Shown here one piece after another: positions 1-8,922 of a stretch of 64,000 nucleotides of DNA. The stretch is from an uncultured Spirochaetota bacterium (GTDB lineage Bacteria; Spirochaetota; Brevinematia; Brevinematales; JAOACQ01). A model generated the notes under the pieces. The model did not search any database. It saw only the letters and a list, made by a program, of their open reading frames with translations, and was not told the DNA's origin. The stretch spans positions 64,001 to 128,000 of the forward strand of contig CAWAOD010000005.1 in NCBI GenBank assembly GCA_963783575.1, given 5' to 3'. The translations under genes were made by a program, and so were the position numbers. Every line of letters begins with the position of its first letter. The stretch's first letter is position 1.

Positions 1-414
1 AAAATCGGTATTCCTGTGATGGGCCACATCGGTCTCAAGCCTCAATCCGTTAATAAAACCGGCTTTAAAATCGCCGGAAAAACGGATAAGGAAATTGAAA
101 ATCTTATAAAAGACGCCCAATCGATAGAGAAAGCCGGTGGATTTTCGATAATTATCGAGGAAACAACGGAAGAAGCGGCCAAAGCCGTTACGGAAAGCGT
201 ATCAATACCGACGGTTGGAATAGGGGCCGGGAAATATACAGACGGGCAGGTACTTGTAATTACCGATATGCTCGGTTTGAATAAGGATTTTAAATCGAAA
301 CACACAAAAGTTTATGCAAACCTGAACAGGATTATTAAAAAGGCTGTTAAAACATACCAGGGAGAAGTTAAGGGCGGGAGCTTCCCGGAGGAAGAGCAGA
401 GTTTTCACAAGTAA
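1..414 (+). CDS. panB: 3-methyl-2-oxobutanoate hydroxymethyltransferase (C-terminal part; 5' end outside window)
   Basis: IPVMGHIGLKPQS, IPTVGIGAG and DGQVLV..D.LGL motifs typical of PanB. Confidence 0.95.
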   Translation, partial: KIGIPVMGHIGLKPQSVNKTGFKIAGKTDKEIENLIKDAQSIEKAGGFSIIIEETTEEAAKAVTESVSIPTVGIGAGKYTDGQVLVITDMLGLNKDFKSKHTKVYANLNRIIKKAVKTYQGEVKGGSFPEEEQSFHK

Positions 415-465
415 TCCCTTTTGTAAAAGGGAGAAAACGCTTACTTACTTTCTTTAAGAAAAATA

Positions 466-481
466 CCGCCCGAGAGGGCGG
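466..481 (+). terminator. GC hairpin after panB (possible terminator)
   Basis: ccgccc-gaga-gggcgg stem-loop; weak T tail. Confidence 0.4.
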
Positions 482-504
482 GTTATTGACGGGAGGTAAC
501 ACTC

Positions 505-720
505 TGCGCAATCGTTGCGCTGCCGAACTAGCGTTCGGCGTAACATAAAAAATTTGAAAAATCTCATGGGACATCCTTGTCCCCCTTTCTGGCTTCCATG
601 GAAAGTCCACTATTTATTAGACATAGTAACAATAGGCACAAGGATGTGCCATGAGAGCTTAATTTTTATTAATCAGACAATGGCGAACACTAGTTCGCCA
701 AACGACACGATGTTGTACGG
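505..720. repeat. Imperfect palindromic (attC/REP-like) element, copy A
   Basis: 524-537 pairs with 684-697 (13/14) and 563-580 with 638-655 (17/18); ends in CGACACGATGTTGTACGG; right half is homologous to 8690-8781. Confidence 0.6.
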
Positions 721-1095
721 GCACGCGCGAATCCTATCGCGCTCGCAAAAGTGACTTTCTTTCTCCGCTGTGCTTTCCCGTGAATCTTGTAAGGAAGAAC
801 AGCCGGACTTATTACAAACTATTCCTTATTAATTACAAATCAAATCTTTTATTATAATCATTCTATAGGTAAAAGGCCGGCTGTTAAGAGGATTTTTATT
901 TAACCCTCCTAAGGCATCTTGTACTTACTGAAATTTCATTTGTTAAATTTGAAATGACAATCATACTGTGGGGGGATGGCTAGCAAGATTGTGGAAAATT
1001 GATATTTAAAAACTGGTCTTGACAGTTTGAGGTGATCACGTTAAGATATATCTTATAATTTATATTTAGATTATACGAAAAAGATAAATAATAGG

Positions 1096-2938
1096 ATGAT
1101 ATTTATGTTTGACATAAATAACTTCAAAACAAAAAAACAATACTCCAAAAGATATGAAAAACGGCTTGAAAAATTAGATTTTAATACAGCTTGTATAGAA
1201 GAAGCTGTCATAGGTGCTGTTACAAATCTTAATAATGCTGTAAAATCATTCATAATATATGGTGAGCCTCAAAGTGGAAAAACGGAAATGATGATTGCTT
1301 TGACTGCAAAATTGCTCGACTTAGGTCACAAAATTGTTATAATTTTGTTGAATGACAATGTTGGATTACTTGAACAAAATCTTCGTCGCTTTGCAAAATC
1401 AGAACTTGATCCTGATCCAAAAAATTTTAAAGAAATATTGGATGATATTATGGAAATAAATGATTATGAATGGATTATTTTTTGTAAGAAAAATGCATCG
1501 GACTTGACCAAACTTATACGTAAATTAGAGGGACACAGTAATAGAGTTATTATAGATGACGAGGCTGATTATGCAAGTCCTAATAGTAAAATTAATCAAA
1601 ATGAAAAAACAAAAATAAACGATCTTGTTGGCCAACTATTGCTTGATGGGATTTATATAGGTGTAACAGCCACTCCAGCCAGATTAGATTTAAATAATAC
1701 ATTTGAAAATGCTAATGATCGATGGGTTCATTTTCCTCCACATTCAAATTATACAGGACAAGATGTATTTTTCCCTTTAGACCTTCAACAACCTAAATAT
1801 AAGTTAAATATCTTACCTCCTGATTATGATGATCCAAAACATTTACGTGAAGCATTGTTTCGGTTTATGATTAATGTAGCTTATTTAAACTTATATGTGA
1901 ATAAGCAAAATGATAACTTTTCTATGCTAATTCATACCAGTGGGCGTAAAAATGATCATTTGAAAGATCAAAATGCTATTTTATCAATATGGAATATTCT
2001 GAAAGATCAAAACCAATTTGAAAAATATGTTAAACAAATATGGGAAATAGCAAAAAAACAATATGATGAGATAAAAGCTGATGAGACGGTAAAATTTATT
2101 ATAGAAAATAGAAATAAAAACAAAGTACTTGTAATAAATAGTGAAAAAGACAAAGATAATCTTGAAAAAACTACAAATCCAATCGCTCTTTTTACAATAG
2201 GAATAGGTGGGAATATTGTTTCTAGAGGAGTAACATTTAATAATTTGCTTTCAATGTATTTTACAAGAGATGTCAAATCAAAGATTCAGCAAGATACTTA
2301 TATACAAAAGAGCCCGAATGTTTGGTAACCGCGGCAAATATTTATCATTTTTTGAATTATCAATTCCGGAACAATTATATCTTGATTGGCAAAAATGTTT
2401 TGCTTTTCATAAGTTGGCTTTAGATTCCGTAAAAAATGGGAATCCTCCAGTATGGCTTGAAGATAACCGGGTTAAAGCAACAGCTTCATCAAGTATAGCT
2501 AAAACAACCATCGAAATGAATAGCGGAGAAATGAGTTTTGAAGTATTTAATTATAAATCAGAGATTAATCAAATAATTAACCAATCTATAAAACCAATCG
2601 AAAAATTATATAGATTACAGTCTTTACTTGGAATGAATGTACTTCCTAACCATTTAATAAATTTTATAACTAATTTCAGCCCTGATGGTTCAGATTCACT
2701 TGCTATTCATGAAAGTACGGATATATCCAACCGTAAAGATGACACAAATAAAGTGAGTATCTATCGTGCTAAAGGATTGATAGGTACTAATGAAAGGGAG
2801 GAAAAGAAATATCCACATGCAATTCACCACATAAAAATTTTTTATAATAAAGATAATTTAAATGCTCGAGTTTTTTACAGGTTTAACGGTAGTATCAAAT
2901 TCTTGAAAAACACGAGGAAAAATGCTCAAACAAAGTGA
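1096..2938 (+). pseudogene. SF2 helicase-like ATPase plus Z1-domain protein, split by a +1 frameshift near 2305-2310
   Basis: Walker A GEPQSGKT, Walker B IIDDEAD, TATP, SMLIHTS and GGNIVSRGVTF; the Z1-type motif DTYIQ|RARMFGNR is split between ORFs 1096..2328 and 2270..2938. Confidence 0.75.
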
Positions 2939-3368
2939 TTTTTTTCATGGAGTTTTACTATCAAAACTCCTGGACCATACTGAATTGAACGTAAAAAAAC
3001 ATGATTATTTTTCTGCTTATATTATTAATAACAAGTCATTTTATATTAAATATTCTACAAGCAGAATATCACCCTGGACTTTTTCCTTTTCTGAAAGCCA
3101 TATTGCTGAGCTAGTAAATCTTTCAGAACAGTATGAGCAGATATATGTTGTGTTAATATGTAATGAAGATGGTATTTGTTGCTTAAATTTCATTGAATTT
3201 AAAACAGCTATAGCAATTGAAAATATGAATTTTCCTAAGTGGATAAAGGCTATACGGCAAAAAGGTGAAAAGTACTCAATTACGGGGTCTGACGGTAAAT
3301 TATTACACAAAATTGGTGACAGTTGCTTACAACAATCCATACTGAATAATGGAGAAAATAATGAATGA
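2922..3368 (+). CDS. Hypothetical protein (148 aa) in putative defence operon; possible nuclease-fold/specificity subunit
   Basis: Overlaps both neighbours (operon-like); YIKYS motif; function not recognised. Confidence 0.6.
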   Translation: MLKQSDFFHGVLLSKLLDHTELNVKKHDYFSAYIINNKSFYIKYSTSRISPWTFSFSESHIAELVNLSEQYEQIYVVLICNEDGICCLNFIEFKTAIAIENMNFPKWIKAIRQKGEKYSITGSDGKLLHKIGDSCLQQSILNNGENNE

Positions 3369-4623
3369 AATCACTAATCTATATAAAACTAATTTTGAAT
3401 CAATAAAAGCTGATGGATTTTGGAATATTGGAGCTGGAAAAGAACAAAAGATGCATCACATTCATACTTACCCAGCAAAATTTCCAGCATTTATCACATC
3501 AAAAGCGCTTTATTTTGCGCAGCAAAATAATATTAATGTAGCAAGAATAGCAGATGTATTTTGCGGGTGTGGGACAGTAGCTTATGAATCAAAACGAAAC
3601 AATATTCCTTTTTGGGGGTGTGATATAAACCCTGTTGCTACATTAGTTGCTAAAACAAAAAGCTGTAATTATAAACAACGATATTTAAATAATTATTATC
3701 AATCTATACTTAAGGAGTTTAATTCCGTTGTGCAAACTAACATTGAATACGATGTTGATGAACGATTAGGTTATTGGTATGATAATAACAATTATAAAGA
3801 GCTTTTAGTTTTAAAAAATGCCATCGAAAACAATATTCCACTTGGCAGTAGTTATAGATTTTTTTTTCTTTGCGCATTTTCAAATATTCTAAAAGCAACC
3901 TCACGCTGGTTAACAAAATCGATAAAGCCTCAAATTGATCCAAATAAAAAGCCAGCAAATGTAATTTCTGCGTTTCAAGAACAATGTAAATTTATGATGG
4001 CTGCATATATTGAAAATAGCTGTATAAAAAATGTAAAAACTGAAATAGTAACTGGTAGTTTCCTTAAAGAATCTATTAAACCACCAATTGTTGATATGAT
4101 TATTACAAGCCCTCCTTATGTAACATCATATGAATATGCGGATTTACATCAATTATCAACTTTATGGCTTGGATATTCAAATGATTATAGAAAATTTAGA
4201 GAAGGTTCTATTGGAAGCCTTTACCATATTTATGATTTTGATAAAGAATTAGATCAATTAAATTTAACTGGGAAAAAAATTGTTTCCGAATTACTTAATA
4301 AGCAAAAATCTAAAGCACGTTCTGTAGCAAAATACTTCTTAGATATGCAATCTGTTACAAAAAAATGCTATAATATGATCTCAATAGGTGGTATTGCAAT
4401 TTTTGTGATTGGGAATACTGAATATAAGGGAGTAAGAATTAATAATGTAAAACATCTTGCAGAGTCACTGAAAAATAGTGGTTTTAATAGACTTTTTGTT
4501 ACAAAAAGAAAAGTCCGGCAAAAGATACTTACACCATATCGCAATCTATTAGGGCGTTTTTCTACCGATAGTACAAATAGAAAAGTTTATAGCGAAGAAT
4601 TTATTTTAATTGGAATCAAATAA
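3349..4623 (+). CDS. DNA amino-methyltransferase, likely N4-cytosine (start may be 3361)
   Basis: HTYPAKFP, SAM-binding DVFCGCGT and catalytic ITSPPY. Confidence 0.85.
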   Translation: MEKIMNEITNLYKTNFESIKADGFWNIGAGKEQKMHHIHTYPAKFPAFITSKALYFAQQNNINVARIADVFCGCGTVAYESKRNNIPFWGCDINPVATLVAKTKSCNYKQRYLNNYYQSILKEFNSVVQTNIEYDVDERLGYWYDNNNYKELLVLKNAIENNIPLGSSYRFFFLCAFSNILKATSRWLTKSIKPQIDPNKKPANVISAFQEQCKFMMAAYIENSCIKNVKTEIVTGSFLKESIKPPIVDMIITSPPYVTSYEYADLHQLSTLWLGYSNDYRKFREGSIGSLYHIYDFDKELDQLNLTGKKIVSELLNKQKSKARSVAKYFLDMQSVTKKCYNMISIGGIAIFVIGNTEYKGVRINNVKHLAESLKNSGFNRLFVTKRKVRQKILTPYRNLLGRFSTDSTNRKVYSEEFILIGIK

Positions 4624-4813
4624 TACTTGTAATTTTAAATGCCTTGTAACTTTTTATTTTCTGTACGACTCGATATAAAGTCAGTTGTTATTCCTGTTTG
4701 ACATGATCTGAACAAGCTAGAGGGTTTCATACAGGGATGTATGAAACCAAGGAATCAGTTTGAGCCTGTCGTATTATAGGCGTCAGCCTGTATCGAAGTA
4801 ACCATAAACAAGA

Positions 4814-5211
4814 CGCTACTCAGTAACCGAAAAAGCCTTTATGCCGTATCTTTTTCGCGAGAGCCGGTAAATCAGTGTATCTTCCTTCGATTAAAGCTAT
4901 TTTCTTCTTTTTGCTATTCCCGGTTTGGATTCTAAAAGGACCTTATTTCCTCTCAAAGAATCTAACTTCTCACAAAAAGAGCCGGTTCCGGTTCTTTGTG
5001 AGGGAACTTTTCTTCCCGGAGTGGAAATATTCCCTCTGTGAAAGGAAATATTTAATCTCAAAGCAGGAATGTTCCCGCTAAAAGAGGGAACATTCCTTTT
5101 CCCGAAGGTAATTTTTCTTCCCGGAACACCAATGTTCCCCTTGAGAGAGGAAATATTGCTTCTTTAAGAACCAAGAATTGACCATGTTAAACATCCGCTA
5201 CTCAGTGACCG
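4814..5211. repeat. 16-bp direct repeats (4814-4829, 5196-5211) enclosing eight degenerate 21-bp tandem units (5002-5169)
   Basis: cgctactcagt(a/g)accg twice; GGAAAT-like unit starts at 5002, 5023, 5044, 5065, 5086, 5107, 5128 and 5149. Confidence 0.7.
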
Positions 5212-5254
5212 CAGCCTTCTTAATCGCCCCCCGTCTATGATAAAAGTAAAGAGT

Positions 5255-6325
5255 TTAAGCGGCTTTTTTTAAGAAATTATTGTACTCACACATTTTGCTT
5301 TCATAACACTTCTTATCAATGTAGTAAAACAACTCTTTCTTTTTAAGCATATGATAAATAGCTACCATGACTTTTCTTGCTAATGCAACCCTGACTTTGC
5401 CTTTTGACTTACCTTTACTTTTCTTTTCATAAAAATAATTAAATTTCTTACAATCCCGAAAGTGTTGAATGCTCTGGATTAATAACTCCATCGTTAAACG
5501 TCTTGACTTCTTATTAAGCTTTCCGATTTTCGTCATTTTATTCGAGGAATCCACTTTTGGAGCCGATCTCAGATAAGAACAAAAGTCTTTTACACTGTTA
5601 AAACGGTTAATATCAGCCACATCCGACATTATTCCTATCGCGGTAAATGGACTAATGCCTTTTATACTCATTAGTAATTTTATTTCCTCTTTGAATATCT
5701 TGCCTTTTACCAAGATCTCTTTCTTTATTTCATTAGCACTGTTAATCATTTCTTCCATCTGCTTGTACAATAGATTTATCTCAAATTTTACAGTTTCGCT
5801 TAAATCAAGCTGAAGAATTTGTTCTTTTGTACCTTTAACATTCAGGCTTTCCCGTTCCTGTTTGTAACCGTTCTGCTTTAATAATGAATGAATCCTGTTT
5901 TTCATTCTGACAATATCCGTCTTAAAAAGCTTATATGTTGTAAATAGCCCGCGGATTTCCCTTACTTCCAAATTAGGTATATAAATGGTATGTAAAGGTT
6001 CTCCGGTAATTACACTATATTTAAGCATTCTTACAATACTGATAGCGTCCCTCTTATTTGTCTTGACCATTGAGTTTGAAACCAATTGGAATTTACCGGG
6101 ATTGATTACATAACATTCTGCGATAAGAGGTTTAACCTGGTCATAAAACCAGAATGTGTTTGTTGATGCTTCTACTGCAATGTAATCATCTTTTGTTAAC
6201 CGGTTTAAAAACTTTTCAAAATACTTTGGCTCAAGGCTCGATCTGAATATCCTCGGTTCAGTTTCATTATCCCCAAGAATCGCAACCTTCAGATTATCCG
6301 AATGCAAATCAACTCCGTAATACAT
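5255..6325 (-). CDS. IS110-family recombinase/transposase
   Basis: N-terminal GVDLH...AVEAST...KTNKRDA RuvC-like domain; C-terminal SIKGIS...RF..P...SS domain. Confidence 0.92.
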   Translation of the reverse strand: MYYGVDLHSDNLKVAILGDNETEPRIFRSSLEPKYFEKFLNRLTKDDYIAVEASTNTFWFYDQVKPLIAECYVINPGKFQLVSNSMVKTNKRDAISIVRMLKYSVITGEPLHTIYIPNLEVREIRGLFTTYKLFKTDIVRMKNRIHSLLKQNGYKQERESLNVKGTKEQILQLDLSETVKFEINLLYKQMEEMINSANEIKKEILVKGKIFKEEIKLLMSIKGISPFTAIGIMSDVADINRFNSVKDFCSYLRSAPKVDSSNKMTKIGKLNKKSRRLTMELLIQSIQHFRDCKKFNYFYEKKSKGKSKGKVRVALARKVMVAIYHMLKKKELFYYIDKKCYESKMCEYNNFLKKAA

Positions 6326-6379
6326 TTGACACTCTCCTTCTTATGTTTTAGAATACTTAAGAAGAAATATAAAAAAGTC

Positions 6380-6630
6380 ACCTTGACGGGCTGAGTAATG
6401 GCAGCCATCCGTCTATTCGGGTTCAGGAGCTTTGCTCCGGTCCCATAATGTTGGTAAGGAAGAAGGCTGGACTATTCGCAGCTTCGGGCTTTATTCGGTA
6501 TTCTCAAAAAGAATCCCGTTATATCCCAGGGGAGCAGCCAGCCTTCTTCTGCCTTTTTATACCCATCTTGAGTATATCCGGGCAGAGTTTAATACCATCT
6601 CCCTCACCTGTCAAAATTTCTTTTTTTATT
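6380..6630 (-). ncRNA. Candidate bridge/seek RNA in the IS110 upstream non-coding region
   Basis: 12-bp stem 6459-6470/6538-6549; two parallel CCCGAA-N4-CG motifs whose N4-CG match the target flank and the donor junction. Confidence 0.6.
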
Positions 6631-6936
6631 TCCTCATTTTATCATAACATCGCAGCATGAACGCCATTTCTGATTGAGCTTTTATCAAACTTTAATAGAA
6701 CTTAGTATTACAATTGTTGTTATTCCCCTTTAATGATCAATCGATCTGTTCGTATTTCGCAGCCAGGACGGCTGCGACCCGAACGCAGCAGGACTGCAGA
6801 GTGAGGCTCTTTAATAATGAGAAAATCTTTAATAAAACCTGGAATAACAACACCTCAGGACTTAAAGACTGCTTTTCATGAAATGGCGTTAATGCGTAGG
6901 GGCGATTCTTTCTTGGCACACCTTCTTTCTGATCGC

Positions 6937-8664
6937 TTGTCTGTCGAAAAACCTTTAAAAAAGATAAAGCGATTCTTTTACATTCGTATATCAAAATTAA
7001 ATTTTTGAATAGCCGAAAATTAGTCTCTTATACAATTTTCTTTGCTTAAATTACATCATTATACTCCTGTATTCTTTTACTATCATCCTCATATGCTCAA
7101 CCTTTTGTAGGCTATTGCCTGTAAATACTTGTTCAAATTATGAGCTATGGAATTCCAAAGCCAGTCCATTCCTACTTTATCTTTTCCTCGATAAAATGTC
7201 TGGGAAAAATCTTTCTGTGTTTTTAGATTAGCAAAATTATGTTCTTTTCCAATTCTCTTGCAGTATATCTTTTGTCCTTTATCGTTTCTCAATTTGTTCA
7301 GATAACAGTCTACTTCTTTCCTGTTTTCTAACTCAAACAAATTGAAATTCACAGTCTTTTGGTTTCTTTTTGAGTTTATTTTCGCATAACATTCCTGATA
7401 AATTTTGCACCCCTTACATTGTGATCGGTTATAGAAAAAGTGGATTTTCCCTCTTTTATCATCCCTATATCCTTTTGTAATTATTCCGCCGCCGCATTTT
7501 AACAGGTAATTACCGCTACCTTCTTCTTTTATAATCTCAAAATTCTTCCTCTTTTGCACCTCTTTCCCAAAATCTTTTTCCTTTACATCAATATAACAAT
7601 CCAATCCTTTTTCTTCCATTTCCAGTATGTCAGGCATATTCTGAAATCCTGAGTCCAGTAAATATTTACTTCCCTTATCTACTCCCAATTTAGATTTCAA
7701 TTCTTCAACTTTTGTGATCATCGGTTTTGCGCTATACTTCTCATGAAGTTTTTCATTTTCACAACTTAATATGATATCATTATTACTGATCATCATTCGA
7801 ATATTATACCCCTGTATGAACCCGCTCTTATCTGAACCCTGGGTCAATGAGCTGTCCGGGACTGTCAGATTATAATGATCTTCACCCATAATAGTTGTAT
7901 CTCCGTCTTTCAATGTTTCATTTTCTAGCATCCCTTTATAAGTTTCCACCTGTTTGATCACACTGTTATATATCTTTTTTTGACGTTCGATCCTTTTCTT
8001 TTCCGCCTCATATTTCTCCGGTTCTAACTCCCCGCGATTGAGTTTCTCATCAGTATCCAAACCCCTCTGAATAATTTTTGATGCCATTTTACGGTAGGTC
8101 TTCAAAGTCTTTTCCGCTTTCTCCCTGTTCATTGTTTTGGATTTTGATGCATTTGCTTTTATTTTGGTCCCATCCCCAACAACTATATCCCAATCGATCT
8201 CTCCTATATTGTTCAATAAATACAATATTAAGGAAAAGAGTTTTTCAATTTCTTCACGGAACTGGATTTTGAAATTACAAAGTTTGGAGTGATCAATACT
8301 CAAACGGTTGGAAACATACATAAAACCTACATGACTTTTGAGAAGGTTTTCAACTTTTCTACTTGATCTAATCCCCATCAGATAACCGTATATGATCGCT
8401 GAGATAATATCTTGAGGATGTTTTCCTTTTCGCCCTGTTTTATCATTGAAATAATATTCATCGAAATTTTTCATGTCAATATATTTAGCCACAAATTCTT
8501 TGACCATGGTTTCCCGGCTGTCTTCTACATATTGATCATTGAAGTTGATTGTGATAAACTCGCCCTGCTCCAGATTTCCCCTCGTATATCTTGCCATAAA
8601 TATTAACCTCATTTTATTTTGCAACTAACTATTATAACATATTTTTGAGTTTTTCGACAGACAA
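6937..8664 (-). mobile_element. IS1182-family element, copy 1
   Basis: 15-bp terminal IR TTGTCTGTCGAAAAA; 4-bp target duplication TCGC (6933-6936 and 8665-8668). Confidence 0.92.
7089..8597 (-). CDS. IS1182-family DDE transposase (start probably 8597, MARY...)
   Basis: GRKGKHP..IIYGY..GIRSSR, DGTKIKANAS, GYN, DSGF and EHNFANLK motifs; start chosen by alignment with copy 2. Confidence 0.9.
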   Translation of the reverse strand: MARYTRGNLEQGEFITINFNDQYVEDSRETMVKEFVAKYIDMKNFDEYYFNDKTGRKGKHPQDIISAIIYGYLMGIRSSRKVENLLKSHVGFMYVSNRLSIDHSKLCNFKIQFREEIEKLFSLILYLLNNIGEIDWDIVVGDGTKIKANASKSKTMNREKAEKTLKTYRKMASKIIQRGLDTDEKLNRGELEPEKYEAEKKRIERQKKIYNSVIKQVETYKGMLENETLKDGDTTIMGEDHYNLTVPDSSLTQGSDKSGFIQGYNIRMMISNNDIILSCENEKLHEKYSAKPMITKVEELKSKLGVDKGSKYLLDSGFQNMPDILEMEEKGLDCYIDVKEKDFGKEVQKRKNFEIIKEEGSGNYLLKCGGGIITKGYRDDKRGKIHFFYNRSQCKGCKIYQECYAKINSKRNQKTVNFNLFELENRKEVDCYLNKLRNDKGQKIYCKRIGKEHNFANLKTQKDFSQTFYRGKDKVGMDWLWNSIAHNLNKYLQAIAYKRLSI

Positions 8665-8689
8665 TCGCTCAGAAAGAAGGTGTGAAAGC

Positions 8690-8781
8690 AACATTAGGAG
8701 CAGGATGCTCCATGAAGATTTTTTCAATTACCACAATCCAATGCAGTACGATAGTACTGCTGGCGACACGATGTCGCACGG
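8690..8781. repeat. Palindromic element copy B (homologous to 628-720)
   Basis: Same order of GGA-loop hairpin, 7-bp hairpin and CGACACGATGTYGYACGG, with compensatory stem changes. Confidence 0.6.
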
Positions 8782-8922
8782 CTTTACGGCAATAATACCT
8801 ATAATTTGACATCCCCATATTTTTAAATTAAATTATCAATACATAAAAGTTCTATCATTGTTATAAAAAATAATAATCAAGCTTATTCGAGACTCCATAA
8901 CATTTGTTAAAAGAGTAATTTT

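Larger units (their letters stand above)
5234..6652 (-). mobile_element. IS110-family insertion sequence with IS1111-like sub-terminal inverted repeats
   Basis: TATGATAAAA at 5236-5245 and TTTTATCATA at 6637-6646; no target duplication; the predicted circle junction forms TTTACT-17bp-TATGAT. Confidence 0.75.

Noticed and set aside
368..754. ORFs 368..610 (-) and 515..754 (+)
   Set aside because: They overlap the palindromic element and have no RBS or recognisable motifs.
5002..5169. 21-bp repeats as a CRISPR array
   Set aside because: The period is too short and the units are degenerate, with no repeat-spacer alternation.
6432..7008. Short ORFs in the IS110 non-coding region and adjacent repeats
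   Set aside because: They are better explained as structured non-coding sequence or read-through across IS ends.
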